From positions 13,132,275 through 13,196,274 of the forward strand of contig NC_134032.1 in the NCBI RefSeq assembly GCF_964204645.1: DNA of 64,000 nt, in the 5' to 3' direction. A program made the translations under genes and the position numbers. The stretch is from Tubulanus polymorphus (lineage: Eukaryota; Animalia; Nemertea). A model generated the notes under the pieces. That model did not search any database and was not told where the DNA came from. It saw only the letters and a list, made by a program, of their open reading frames with translations. Each line of letters begins with the position of its first letter. Position 1 is the first letter of the stretch. Shown here in pieces: positions 26,122 through 40,300 of this stretch.

Positions 26122-27379
26122 TTTTGTGCGTTAGATTTCGATGTAACGTGCGCGCGCTATCGTCAAATAGATATCGTGCTAAAAAGACACGAACGTTTTT
26201 TTTTCTCACTAAAACGAAGCGGTAATGAATAAATGAAAAACACGACGATCACACGACTCGCTCGTGAAATGGTTCATACAACATGACACACACGATTAGG
26301 ATGTCGGCCTCGAGTTTCGTGACTAGACTGAATTCATACGTCCTGGAACAACTATTTATGCATATCATTTTTCATCATTCTATCGTATTTCAAATAAACT
26401 TGCTTGTGTTTCCATTTTTTATGTATGTATATATGTATCCTAATGTTTGGTAACGTGTGCATATGAGAGTGAATGAGGGTGTGCATGTGGGAGTGAATGG
26501 ACGAGGGATTAGGACTAGTTTAAGCCAACTTTGGCTTTTCCTAATTCCTCGAATAATCTACGGTAACAATGATTGTTATCATATTTTCATACTGTTCCGT
26601 ATTATCTTGTAATAATTACATGTTTTGTATCAAACTACTATGAAAAATAAACTATATACCATGAATAGTAAGACTCCACATGTATCGCGGCTTATGGTAA
26701 GATTAACAAAATCGGATCTTTATGCCATGCCGTGCACCGTATCCGCTGATTAATTGCTTGAATACTCTTTAAGTCTGAAATTCGAAGTTTGGGAGGGGCG
26801 TTTTTTGGACCTCGGCGAAAAGTTTATGAAATTTCTGGAATGTGAAAAAAAAACAGATTCGTAACGGGCTTCGATTGAATTGTATCGGGCTTCGATTTAA
26901 AAGATGGACCCCGACCGCCTCTGGTGACGACTATCACCTTTGAGAGTATTAATTGGTCACGTGGGATCCGCGTCTGTTTTACACGTGTATATGGACTAGT
27001 GACTGCGAAGCCCACGACATGCATGTCTCGCAATTGCATCAGGTTCGAATCCCAGTCGAGAGAGGATTTGACAAGCGAGGATGATGATCTAAGAAAGTCG
27101 ACTGTACCGCGAATAACACTAATATTCCAAATATATGATATTAAAAAAAAAATTTTATTTCAGAATCCCACAAGCAACAATCATTTAAAATAATTATTTA
27201 TGAAAATAGCACCTTATAAATCATATATACCAGTTACAAGAATTCCAGGGACTACGAAAACGGTGAAAAGCAGATGAAAATTTCATAACTCTTAGCACCC
27301 TTTTTGTTTATGATTATTGAAAATCAACATTATAATCAACGATAGCGAAGTTGTGTATTGAGTGAGACCAGCGAACGTT

Positions 27380-30300
27380 TCAATAGACAGTCAGACTGTT
27401 TTCAAACAGTCTGGCCAAGTCTTCTTCTGTCTGAGGACGAGGGGCCAGCTTAGTTACACGATGCTACAATGAAATACAATGAAATACATTTATAACTAGA
27501 TTCCTCACTAGGGTTCTATGAAGAAATACATTTATAGCTAGATTCCAAACTAGGGTTCTATGACGAAATACATTTATAACTAGATGACTAACTAGGGTTC
27601 TAGGACACGTATATGCCCACCTAGGAGCTGGTTAAATGCATCAGTAATCATTTTTTGAAGTTTGCTGATAAAATGTCTTAAGTTCGTCTTCAAATAAAAA
27701 TGTTCTGAACTCATGAGAAGCCTAAATAACCAAAAAGGGGTGCGTGCAGCAGACTAGATACTGCATGTATTATACAATTGAATTAAAAATGCTCAAAAAC
27801 ATTACATGGCCACAACTACGCAATTCAGGAGTTACAAAATAAACATGAAATTTGAGCAATTTGAATTATTTCAATATTCAACACTCCCCGTTGAACATAC
27901 CCAGAAACCAAATATTCTTACCTGAGGTAAAGTGCCTTCAACTAGCGCAGGAATATCATCCGTAGTGAAACCAACTGCTTTAAGGCCGTTATCAATTTTC
28001 ATAGCCGACATTATCTCGCGTAGCTTATCGGCCAAAATAAGACCCGCGTCCTCGAGCTTTTTATTAGTCACATCTACTCCTAAATCAATGGAATAATTGT
28101 TTGTTATTAACCCTTTCAGTGCTGACTAATTAATACCCTATAGTGCTAGAGATAATTTGAAAATTAAAAAAAAATTCCACCCTAGTGTGTTTAATAACGG
28201 GAATACCACTATAGTGCGTCTACACCGCGGCGCAGTGTATCGTTAGTTACTAGTATTTCATTAAATTAGACAGGTGCTGCCATTTTTCAAGAGAGATAAT
28301 TACTAATTACATCAATACACCGCAGTGTGGTGTACTATTAAAATCTTTCACTGATTTATACACCGCACTGCGGTGTAGACGCACTGAAAGGGTTTAAGAT
28401 CGTGCATAATTATACACTTCTAACACAGGGTAAACGGAAAGCGGGTGTACACTTAAGAAATTAAGGGCCGTTTTCTAAGCTCCACCGCGATTCCGTTGTT
28501 CACGTCATAATGACTTAAACTTCTTGTAATTGTAAAACAGCTAGTTATTACGACTACAAAATTTTGATATATTTCGAAATATGTACCTAAAATTTCAGCA
28601 GCCTCTAAATGTCGCTCTGGACACATCGGAGCCGTGAACTGGAACACAGCCGGGGCTGATAGTACTACAGATAAACCATGAGGCTAAAGAACAAAATAAT
28701 GGCTACCATGTAATAATGAAATAATGGCTACCAGAGGATCAACTTTTTCAAACTCTTTACTGGAAACTTCGTAGTGGATTCCTGTTAGTTTTATGATTAA
28801 AGCACTTACAATGATCGGGTGATCAACTTCATATTCTTTAGCTTTAAAGGATTTCACCATGCCGGATATCGGATAGGACATTCCGTGGCTGAAATTGCAA
28901 TCGGAGTAAAAGCATTCAGACGACAATGATGAGGAAAAGCTGAAGACGATAGAGGAACTTTATTGTTTAACCCTTTCAGTGCGTCTACACCGCAGTGCAG
29001 TGTATAAATCAGTGGTTGATTTTGCTAGTACACCGCATTGCAGTGTATTGACTTAATAAGTAATTACTTATCATCTCTCTTGAAAGATGGCAGCACCTGT
29101 CAAACATAGTGAAATATTAGTAACTACCGATACACCGCGCCGCAGTGTAGATGCCCTATAGTGCTATTCCCGTTATTCAACACACTAGGGTGGAATTTTC
29201 CAGAATTTTCAAATTATGTTCAGCACTATAGGGTATTAATTAGTCAGCAATGAAAGGGTTAAACTGATTTCAACCATCCCGAATCTCTTAATTTCTTCTT
29301 TCAAACGTGGCTGTTGATTTTGAAAAAACTTACCAAAGATGAACACCAGCATTACCGAAACCGATCCCGGCAAATGCACTAGCCAAATGCATTTTAGACC
29401 TCGCCTCCAAATCACTGGGATTGTAGACCGATCTGTGAAGTACATTACAATAGCGTCAACTATGTTATCACAATCATCAACAGTCATCATTAGTCAACAT
29501 GTTATTCATTCTCTAACCTTTCGAAATAGTTCTTCATAATATGCAGAGCATGCTTAGACCAGATATCGCTGATAGGGTTGCTGCCCTGGTAGGCTGGACG
29601 ATTGATCGGGTTGTCAGGACGGGGCGCGCGTTCGTTGTACGGAATCGCTGTAAATGATTCCAATGCGTGGCTACAAAAAAAGAATCAGATCACTGGTGGC
29701 ATGATCACACAGTACCGGTGGTATGATCACACAGTACCGGTGGTATGATCATGTGGTATGATCACTCGGTATCATTGGTATGATCACTCGGTACCGGTGG
29801 TATGATCACGCGGTATGATCACTTGGTATCAGTGGTATGATCACTCCATACCGGTGGTATGATCATGTGGTATGATCACTCCGTACTCATGGTATGATCA
29901 CTCGGTGCTAGTAATATGATCATGTGGTATGATCACTCAAAATTACTGGAATTTTTTTTTCATTTTCCAAAACTTTCCAAAACCTGTGAGCACTTGATAG
30001 ATATCGAAGGTGAAGTGTGGATGATCTGTTTTTGGAAAGTGCGCTGATAAAAAATCTAATCTCCAATCTTTGTACTTTCCTTATCAATAAAAAATGTCTC
30101 TAGTGAAATCCCTGTAGTTGATCAAGTCATAGTTAAATCGAAGATATTGCAGGTGAAGTCCTTTTAGCAATCATCAACAATGACGATCAATAAACCAAAT
30201 GAAGCGCACGTGGAGGGTTCAAACACATTAACATATTTACCATAGTACATCGAAACCACTATAAGCAGCCACCCGTTCAGGCATATGTCGAGCGTGTAGA

Positions 30301-33300
30301 GGATCAACGATTCCCAACAGCGGCCGCAAAGCACGACTTGCGATACCTACAATCATGAACATAATTCTCATTATTAATGATCTTCTTAACTCCACGCAGG
30401 AGTAAAAGGGTACCTGGCCTGATAGATGACTCCTAAGCGCGCTGCTCGGATGTTACTTCTCCCCAGGGAGAGATGACTGACACGTGAATATAGACTGGGG
30501 GTAATAATACCAAGTTGGAGCGCATTTGAACTCACTCAGGTTAGGATACCTGCGCTATCATCAGTTACATCAGCAAGCGCCACTGCGCTAATATGTTGTG
30601 TACTTTATTTCTCCATTGCTCATAATCTGTATTAATTTGTTTTAGGATTTCAGTATCTGATGTTCTATTGTTGAGGTTTATGCCAATCATAGAAAGATCT
30701 TGTTTAATGTTTGACAGCCAGGTTTTACAGGGTCGTCCTATAGGTCTGACTTTAAGTGGGTCTCAAGGACTCTCGTAGTGCTTTACATACTGGTGTTTCA
30801 GATGGTAGGCGCATCAGATGTCCAAGCCAAGTTAGTATAAATGTCAATTATCATTATTACTATTATTATCATTATCTTGTATTTTTTGCAGTTCTTTAAA
30901 TCGAAATTCACCTGTTTTGGCTTTGAGCGGTTCGTAATCGAAAACAGCGACACCTGTAGTTTCGCTGCCAGTTCCAGCAGTCGTCGGCACTGAAAAACAA
31001 GAAGATACATTAACCCTTTCAGTGCTGGCTAATTAATACTCTATAGTGCTGAAGATAATTTGAAAATTCTGAAAAATTTCACCCTAGTGTGTTGAATAAC
31101 GGGAATAGCACTATACTCGTCTACACCCTGGCGCCGTATATCGTTAGTTACTAATATTTCACAATGTTTGACAGGTGCTGCCATCTTTCAAGAGAGATAA
31201 TTAGTTATTACTCATTAAATCAATACACCGCAGTGCGGTGTACTAGCAAAATCCATCACTGATTCGTACACCGTACTTCGGTGTAGACGCACTGAAAGGG
31301 TTAAATTCATTTTAATGAGATCACTTTCATTCGAAATTACTTTTTTGAGGTGAATGGAAATTTTTCGTTTACGAGTCACATACAGTAGACCTGGTTTTAC
31401 GTCATTCTAGTCAGTAATCTAGCAAGGTCATGATAATGTTGATGAATTATCCAAAAAGTGACGGACACTGATACAGGCGTCAATCTAGCCTAGCATAGAT
31501 TGAGTCTCAGATGTAAGTTTTTTCAAGTATGCTGATAAAATAGTCTGATGTTTGGTGGTCGTAGTTCATTTTCAATCAAATCTGCTTCCAATGAAGCACT
31601 GAACACACGTCACTTAATGTGTGACAAATTAGTTTGTGTGCTGATGAAATGTCTAATGTTTGGGGTTTGTAGTTCATTTTCAATCAAAAAAACTCCAAGT
31701 GAAGTACCGGTAATGAACACACTTAATGTGTGCAAAATTAGTTTGTTTGGTGATAAAATGTCTGTCTGGGGTTTGTAGTTCATTTTCAATTAAAAATAAC
31801 TCTGGTAAATTTCTTAACACACGTGAAGTGTGTATAATCGAAAACTAGCAGATTGGTGATAAAGGATTGAAGGGTTCAGGGTCGAGGCAGCAGATTTTCA
31901 CCCAGTTGAGTTTACCTGCTATGAGAGGTTTAACGGTATGCGTCACTGGAAGCCCTTTTCCAATCGGAGCATTTACGTAATCCAAAAAATCAGCATCGGG
32001 TTTCGAGGCATAAAGATTAGCAGCTTTACACGTGTCAATGACGGAACCGCCTCCAACAGCGAGAAACGCGTCGTATTCACCGGCTTTGGCGAAGTCTATA
32101 GCCGCTTTGAAACTGTAACAGAATACATTTTCAAATAATTTTTTGAACATATTTTTATCAGCTGTACGAGGAAACTTGAAATATCATGAGCCCTCCTAAT
32201 CCAGATATGGGATAGACGAAATTATGACGGTTCATAAGAAATCATAGTGAGCCCCTGAGTCTATCAAAACTACATTCGACCGTAGCTCGACTGATTTGCG
32301 ATGCAGCAGGCGTGGCTGGGGTTTGTAAGGGACACCGAAATTGAAACATGTCAGACCAAAACTACCGATCAAATGCATAACATAGTCAATCCCTATTTCA
32401 AGGTAAAAAAAAAGACCTGGGCCCAGATCGACAAAAAATTTTAACTCCAATTTTTGGTGTAATTGCCAATGGTTACTTCATGTTTTCAATGAGGACAACA
32501 ATTCAAACTTAAAACCGTTTTAGGCTCGAACAACTTTTTCATGAAACTGGGCCCTGATTCGGGACACAACAGACTTCACCGTTAATCATCACTGTACCTT
32601 TTATCCGTCGGTTCAATTCGTACTTGGTCAAAAACGTCATGAGGCACCGAATTTTTCCGCAGCGATTCCAACGCCGTTTTCACCGGTGGAAGATTCACTA
32701 AATTCTTGTCGGTAAACACGCAAACCTTTTTCGCCCCGAGATTGTTGAAGTCCTACGAAAAATGAACGAAATACTGTGAATACCCGCGAATAGTACCAAA
32801 ACCAACTGCACTAGGGGCCACAGACTGCGGTGTTCAAATGAATTCAATACATGCATGATAATCAAAATATGGCTCGATTGATTTTTGAGGCAATTGAACC
32901 GATGAAATTGCCGCATGTCTTTCTCGTTTAAAGGCAACTGATTCTAATAATCCACAAACTCAGTCTGAAGAAAATTCACAGCGATACCAGGGTCCAATCT
33001 AAAGAATGAAAGCCACTTGCCCGTGGGCAAGCATAACTGAAGTTTCGCTTGCACCCTCCAAAAAATACTTGCCCTACACAGGCAGTCCGATTGGTGGCAC
33101 TATCATCATTGTATCGAGTGGGAAAAAAGCTTTGTGACATAAAATTGCACTAGCCCGGCGGACAAGTGATAATGATTACCTTGCCCTGATGAGAATATAC
33201 TTATCCCGGACAAACGGACAAGTGCTTAGATCGGACCCTGCGATACAAACTGTGACCGAGTGACGACGCGAATGCTCAGAATATCTTCACTTAAAACATG

Positions 33301-34693
33301 GCTGAATCAAAACAATGGAAAATGCGTCAGAATTAACGTCAGTATACCCACCATACCAACTTCTTGAGTGACATTTTCTCCATAACGAATATTAGAACAC
33401 GCCATCTGAAATATTACGAACAAATTCTGAATTATTCCCTACTTTCAAAACTTTACACTATTCTATCTTATTCAACTCGAAGGAACTAATTCATCAACAT
33501 GAATACTGATTCCTGAAGATGAGATAAAGTTTAGACTAAAGTTGAAAGGTCGAAATGAACTAGGCCTAGCTCGGAATGGAAAACTTTTTCGGACTCGTTT
33601 TTCGGTTTGGATAGTGGAATTTCAATCGTATCGTTAAAACACCATTGTTTCAAGATGATACTAGTAATTTTGTAAAGTGTTGAGCTTTTTATTATGAAGT
33701 AGGGGAGTCATTTCAATATCAAGTACTAGCCTAAGTATACACCACCAGTGTGAATACCTGGTGATGTAAGGGTTAGTCTGGTAGGTTTTTTAGAAAAAAT
33801 GGTTAGACACTAGACTAATATCACGTACCTCAAACGCATAATCTGTATTATCGGTCGTACTGTGGGTCTTGGTCTGACAAATATGCAAATCTGGTTGCAT
33901 CACGTTTGAATGAGCTGGACAACGACATCTACCAAAGAGAAGGATGTAAGTCAGTAAGTGAGGTGCAGAGTGCAGTGCAGTTTAGTCAGTAAGGCTTTAT
34001 TGGACAGCATTTTTACTCAGTAATAATCGGACAGCAATTTAGACAGCAAAACGGACCGCAGTTTAGAAAGTCAAACAGACAGCAATTTAGACAGCAAAAC
34101 GGACCGCAGTTTAGACAGTAAACAGACTGCAGTTTAATTAGGCACTGACTGAACAGAGTCAGAGACAATGATATAGCCCGAAGTTTAGTTGGCTCCTGAT
34201 CCTTTGACCTGACAAAGCTCGCCTCGTCACAGCCGGGATCAGTTTGTATACCGCGGTCATGAATTCAATTTATTTGAATTTCAAAAAATTAATAAAAATA
34301 TCAGGAATTCCAGACGTGTTCCAAAAACAAAGGGGCTCACCACGATGGCTGGGCGGGGGTCGACATTTGACCCAGTATCCTAGGACTAGTTTTCATAGGC
34401 TATGAAAAAAGAACTCTCTTTTTTATAGGTGGGCAGTGCTACCTAGGATACTGGGTCAAATCTTTGATTTTGGACCCCCAACTATCGTAACGAGCCCCTG
34501 TGGTGATTTAAAACTACACACTTTTTTTTACGTCAAAAATACAAACGAGCCGAAACAAAATGGCAATGCCAATAATGGCTACTACGGCTATTTCTTTCTA
34601 CATTTCTTGCCGACGATGCGATGCCGATAATACTTACGTTATCGCTGAAACGGCTTTGACGAGTTGTAAACTACGGTCTCTCATACTGTTCAT
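27380..34693 (-). CDS. ADHFE1: Hydroxyacid-oxoacid transhydrogenase, mitochondrial (iron-containing alcohol dehydrogenase family)
   Basis: Exons spell CRCPAHS...TDYAFE / MACSNIRYG / VRIEPTD / [16 protein letters not shown] / [12 protein letters not shown] / [18 protein letters not shown] / [13 protein letters not shown] / [11 protein letters not shown] / HGMSYPISG / [14 protein letters not shown] / [26 protein letters not shown]. This is the recognisable ADHFE1 sequence. Confidence 0.95.
28107..28397. mobile_element. piggyBac-type MITE copy
   Basis: ttaaccctttcagtgc...gcactgaaagggtttaa. Confidence 0.85.
28967..29261. mobile_element. piggyBac-type MITE copy
   Basis: ttaaccctttcagtgc...gcaatgaaagggttaa. 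Confidence 0.85.
29690..29938. repeat. Intronic minisatellite (tggtatgatcac-based, 11/22-bp units)
   Basis: Repeated ggtatgatca motif. Confidence 0.85.
30390..30560 (+). mobile_element. SINE fragment (CORE/Nin-domain-like with an L2-type tail)
   Basis: gggtacctgg...ctccccagggag...agcgcatttga...gcgctat occur in the order typical of these SINEs. Recognised by motif only. Confidence 0.5.
31010..31304. mobile_element. piggyBac-type MITE copy
   Basis: ttaaccctttcagtgc...gcactgaaagggttaa. Confidence 0.88.
32988..33240. mobile_element. MITE with CAGGGTCC...GGACCCTG termini
   Basis: TIR cagggtccaatctaa / ttagatcggaccctg, with cgatac duplicated on both sides. Confidence 0.8.
33508..33558 (+). ncRNA. 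Degenerate Penelope-type hammerhead remnant
   Basis: TTC-CTGAAGA-...-GAAAG-GTC-GAAA with a decayed stem II. Confidence 0.35.
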
Positions 34694-35399
34694 GTACACA
34701 TTCATGTTGACTCTACGCCCGTCAGTACCGAAATTAAATTCGGCACAGGTTTGTCGATCGATTTTACTTCCGGGTTGTTACGTACCACGACAGCCTTGAC
34801 CTCTCGCGATAAATCGAACCGAACGTCCAAAACGTCATTCAAGTGGTCGTCTTATCCAAAGATTGCATTTCAATCCAACGATGTGGGTTGATACTAACTT
34901 TTAACAATCAGTTCATTTTCAATGAGTTAACTCTGAGTCAAATCTGAAATCACGTGGAACTGGGCCGCTCGAATTTAAAAAATTCGGTGTTTGCAAATAT
35001 TCATTCTATCTGTACATTCTGGAACTTTAAGTTATTTTCTGTTATGAATTCAAAACATTTTGAATTGTGCAATTTAATTATCTGAACCGCAATTTATGTG
35101 GCAATTTGTGAACGTATCACAATATCATATTAGTAAACGTGGCCCACGTGAAAAACAAAATTACGCGTAAATCAATCACCGTTCAAATTTATTCACAGAA
35201 AGCATGACAGGCTATTTACACAGGTTGAGAGAAAAAAAAACAATAAAATTTACAATTTGAAAAAAAACACAACTAAAAAGAGAGAGAGAACAGTTATAGC
35301 TTTCAGTGTGGGCCAAGCAAAGCCTTTGGGCCGCTGTCGCGTGCACCCAGGGAAAAAACGAAAGGAAAATGAAGAAACAAAGGGAAATGAAATGAGAGT

Positions 35400-35680
35400 T
35401 GATAATTTTTGATAATTCAAGGAGAGTTTATATGAGTAAGCTAGAGGGTTCAGGAGAATGAGCAATTATAACAATTAGGATTATTACATTGATGGATATC
35501 ATTGTAGGCGGAGACCTTCAGTAGGTTGATGTCAGATAAGCTCCGGTTGTTATGTTTTAGGTGATAACTAGATTTTAGAGTTGCACTCCCGTCGATCCGT
35601 CAAAGCCTAATTCGAACACCTTGGTACGGTAGGCCTATGTATTTTAGAAAATCCAACAGATCCCCCAATGGTTTATAAAT
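35400..35680 (-). mobile_element. Degenerate LINE (CR1/L2-like) 3' ORF2 fragment
   Basis: Minus-strand WGSV... segment with stops and frameshifts, resembling the post-RT region of CR1/L2 elements. Confidence 0.35.
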
Positions 35681-37351
35681 AGCGCGTGACTTGTTAGTAA
35701 CTTTGTTAAATCGTATTTAAAAAGGCCGAATTGTTAGTAATTACACATAATAATGGTTTCCTCCGCTTCACCGAGATCCTTGTGTCCGATGACCACAGCA
35801 ATACCAAAAGATCTGACAATCATTCCCTACTGTCGGCGTAGAGTCTACATTTCTTTTCACCTTAACCTCATGGAGGCTATCAAAAAACTTTTTTATAACA
35901 ATCGTCAGATTGTCAAGCATTTCAATGCCTATGTCCCGTTCGAAACAACCCTTTAAACAACTCACTGCGATCTTCCAATCCGGTGTTTTTTCGCATATTG
36001 ATATATTTCGCATGTACTTACAAACTAAGAAATTACTTCTTTTTCTAATCGTAATGTTTGAATGATACGATTAAATTAATTAGATACGCGTTTCTTTAAT
36101 ACATTTTTGAACATATACCATGTATTATCGATATCATTTTGGAACATTTAGTGAATTGTAATTTCCAATTACCGATAGACGGCGCAAGTGCGCCACATTT
36201 CGTTTCAACACCTTCGAAAGACCGTTTCCACTATAGACATTAATAATTTTGTCTTAACGCAAATTTTGTACGGGAAATTTTAATATTTTGTATAAGCCTA
36301 GGTTGCAAGATGTCTTAACATCTATATTATGTTTCATTATCCTGTAATTTAAAATTCAAAAATTATATTTTCTAAAACTGATCAGTCCCCCACCTGACTC
36401 CAGTGGGTGTGATTTAGTTTGTTATGGAGCTACAACCGGCCGCTCAGCTTTTACGGCAAATAAACTTAAGATATATATTTAAAAAAAATAATAGGCAATA
36501 CAAAAATCATATCGAATTAGAAACGTATATTAATGAGCTCGGCGAGGTTTCAATAATAATCATCAAACATGATCGATTATGTTCCGCTTGTAGCGTTTTA
36601 TGCGATGAATTAGATTTTATATTTGATTGTCCTATACTGAATTAGATTTGTGAAAACAACCTAATTTTGAACAATCTTTGGTAATCTCTATATTCTAAAA
36701 AAATCCAACAACCCAGTTTGCTAAATTCAATGCATGCATATAGATCCCTCCAAATGGTGTACTAAGCGTGTTTATTTTCTACAATGTATAGAAATTAATA
36801 GTAGATCGTCATTTTGATGATCGCGTCGCGATCGCTTCCATTGAAGAAAAAAAAACACGCATTTGAGTGTCTAATCGTAACATGACACCCTAAATTTACG
36901 ACCACCAAATATCGCCATAACTCTTACTCACTCAGCATACCGGGATTATACACAACAATCGTATAATGTATAAATTGTCGCTAAACACAAAACCAAACCG
37001 GTTTGGGTGTATGTTGAATGAAGCAATGATGTTAATGCGAATGAGTCACCTATTTCGTCGTTGTATGTCTTCTTTGTCATTATTCATACAATATGCTATA
37101 ATTAGACATGCGTGTTTTTTCTTCAACGGAAGCGACCGGTTTCGGTTATACTATTACTTATTATTATTATACTGTAACCTGAACTTTGCTAGAAGTCAGA
37201 AAATGTTCGTTTCGTTGTAGAAGTGACGCCTGTTAAGTTGAAAATCTTATTCTATTTACGTAGATTTTACGCATTAGAACTTGGATTTTTTTAATAACAT
37301 AATATTTGATTATGACGTGAATCTATGACAGCTGTAGAGAGTTCATTGACA

Positions 37352-40300
37352 CTAACAACAGCTTCCAGTTGGAGGTCGGTTGACGTACTTGAACGGGTCC
37401 GGCTCGTGCATCTAGAAAATATCAAAATGGACAAAATGAAAAATGAGCTTCAGCCTTATAGTATAGCTATCTCCAGAATCTCAATGTATTAAGATAGGCA
37501 GCCAACGTGATTAACCCCAATCAGTCGCTTGCCGGCTCAAGGCTGAATAGACGATTGTCTGAATGAACCGGAACCGAAATTTCCAAGTCATGTGATCAAA
37601 ATGCTGTAAATTCGACTATCGACCACCGATATGTGTACTTAGATTTCCGATTTCAAAATCAAACCCCCTGTTTCACTTCCGGGCAGTTGTGGTGGGTTTG
37701 TAAGGGACACGCCAATTAGTTAAATAAATAACAGGATCAGTCCCTATTTTGAGATAAAATGAAAAATAAAGAAGCAAAATAATTTAATTGTTACTTCAGA
37801 CAGGTACCTACGGAAGCCCCTAGGTGACATAAGAGATAATTTTTTTCATAATTTCGACTTATTAAGTCGAATTTCGACATAATAAGTCGAATTTCAACTT
37901 AATAAGTCGAATTTCGAGATAATAAGTCGAATTTCGTGTTAATTAAGTCGAATTTCGACTTAATAAGTCGAAATTCGACATAATAAGTCGAATTTCGTGT
38001 TAATTAAGTCGAAATTCGACTTAGACTTATTAAGTCGAATTTCGACTTATTAAGTCGAAATTCGACTTAATTAACACGAAATTCGACTTATTATGTCGAA
38101 ATTCGACTTAATAAGTCGAAATTGTGAAAAAGTTTTCTCGTATGTCACCTAGGGGCTTCCGTAGGTACCAATGAGCACACATATACCCAATGCTTGATTG
38201 TGTTTAGTTCTCATCTGTGTTCACGCATATCTTACCCGGGACAATTTCCAGGCGAGATAATGAACTATATAGACACAACTATATCTGTACTTAGATTTCC
38301 GATTTCAAAATCAAACCACCCTGCAGTTGTGGTGGGTTTGTAAGGGACGCCAATTTGATTAGGAACAACTCGCAGCGGATCCCCGGAAAGCCAGTGCTTT
38401 TTTAATTTGTTGTGGTAAATGACATGTTTAGCTGGTAACGACAGACAGCATTCATCGGAAGTACAATTGATAAAAGCCATGTGAACAATTGTATTTTGAA
38501 TTGAGACGAGTAGTTCTTCATAGGTTAACTATTTTATTTGACGCACGAGCTTTCGCTACTGCACTAGCTTTGACTGGTAAAAAAGAAATACCAGAAATAC
38601 CGGTATTATACTCTACAATTATGGAACGTAACTTGTCGGGTGTATTTAAAGTGTTTCATAGCTTAAAGCCCTTTGACGCTTCTGATAAAAATAGGTTTTT
38701 GTCCACCGGATCTTTTGTTCAAAACAAGAGTATTGGGACTTGAGCATCGAACACTGGCGAATATTTAATGGGGGCAGGCTTCAAGCTGTAGATCGATATC
38801 TGCGTAAGTCAACATGAAAACTGAGACATTTTTGGCTAGAAACTCTAGAATAAACCTACCAATCCTGTGCTCGGACTAAACTGAAAATATTTCCGAAATC
38901 TTGATAGACGAAGAATTGTCGCTAGCTCGCAATCAACTTCTCTCGCTTCGCCGGCCTAACAAAAACAAAATAGATGTACATTAATAAGATGCTTAAGTCA
39001 TCGTTAAATGAAAATTTCGAAATCCGCAAAATTGGCTTGAAGCCATACCACGAAGTTCGTCAAATGATCCATAGAGAATAATTTCTGTGAGCCTTCTATC
39101 TTTCCATTATACACTGCCACGCATTCTTTTACGCGGTCACGAGGCAATTTAAAAAGACGGTATGTGGCCGAAACGTAATGGGCTGAGCCCAGCATCTTTT
39201 GTATTTCTTCATCTTTGATTTTGACATTGCTGGCATTGACGAGACGTGGGCAGCTGAACCCACACTCTCTCACCATTTCCACCATGTTTTTCCAATAAAG
39301 GGCGCCTCCAAGTCCTTCGCCTGTCGTAAAGTAAATATATATCTCTTTTGTTATGAAATCTTTCTTTGATAAAAATAATGGCATAGTCGACTTTCGATAA
39401 CCGGATCATACCCCAAAGAAGCTGATTTCTGCTTAGATGGAGGGGTACCTCTTGGTCACAGTACATATCGCTGAAGTAAAGTTCACCACCGACCTGGAAA
39501 TGAAAAATGAAAAAAAAAAATCTTTTTATGGCAGTTTTCGATTGGTCCTGTACCGATTCCGGAATTCTCTTCCATCGCGTTCGTTTCGATCAGAATGCGC
39601 TCTTTACCTTTTCCGGAGTAGCATAATCTATAAACCCAACGAAAGTGGCATTCAGGGCCACCTTCGGTTATCTGAGTTAGTCGACTATAGTCGAACTAAA
39701 CGAAACCGAATGTCCGTTAGTCGGAACTATATTCCGGAAATAGTTCGAAAATCAAGCGCATTCGGTTATTTGTTCCGACCACTAGTCGACTAGATACGAA
39801 AACCGAATTTGGCCCAAGCTATCACAATTGGACCCCTCGCTGAACTCGATTTTACCTTCAAAGCTCTGAATGCTTCTTTGAATACAAATTTTTTATCCGC
39901 CGTAAGATTCACAACGCAGTTTGACCTGTAATTGAATTGAATTGATATTGAATTCAATTGAAATTGAATGACCTTAGACAATAGATGTGATATTAAGATT
40001 GGCAGTAAAGTGCTAACTGCACACTCGTGGTGGAAGCCAGATTAAAATTTTATACATACACGATTATATCATATGAATTTGGTTGAACACCAGCATTTTC
40101 CAGATTTTCGATGTATCCTTTCAAAAATCGAACGTTTGGCTTACTGTAACCATATTTTTCTGTGTGCCATGAAACGTACCGATTTGCTACTTGCAGCTGG
40201 AAAATCAACGATGATAACCTTATTATGCCAATAATCTTCCCTTTCTGTGACGGTAGAAATCTTCTACCGACAAATAATTTTCCGTCGTCCAGGAGTGCAC

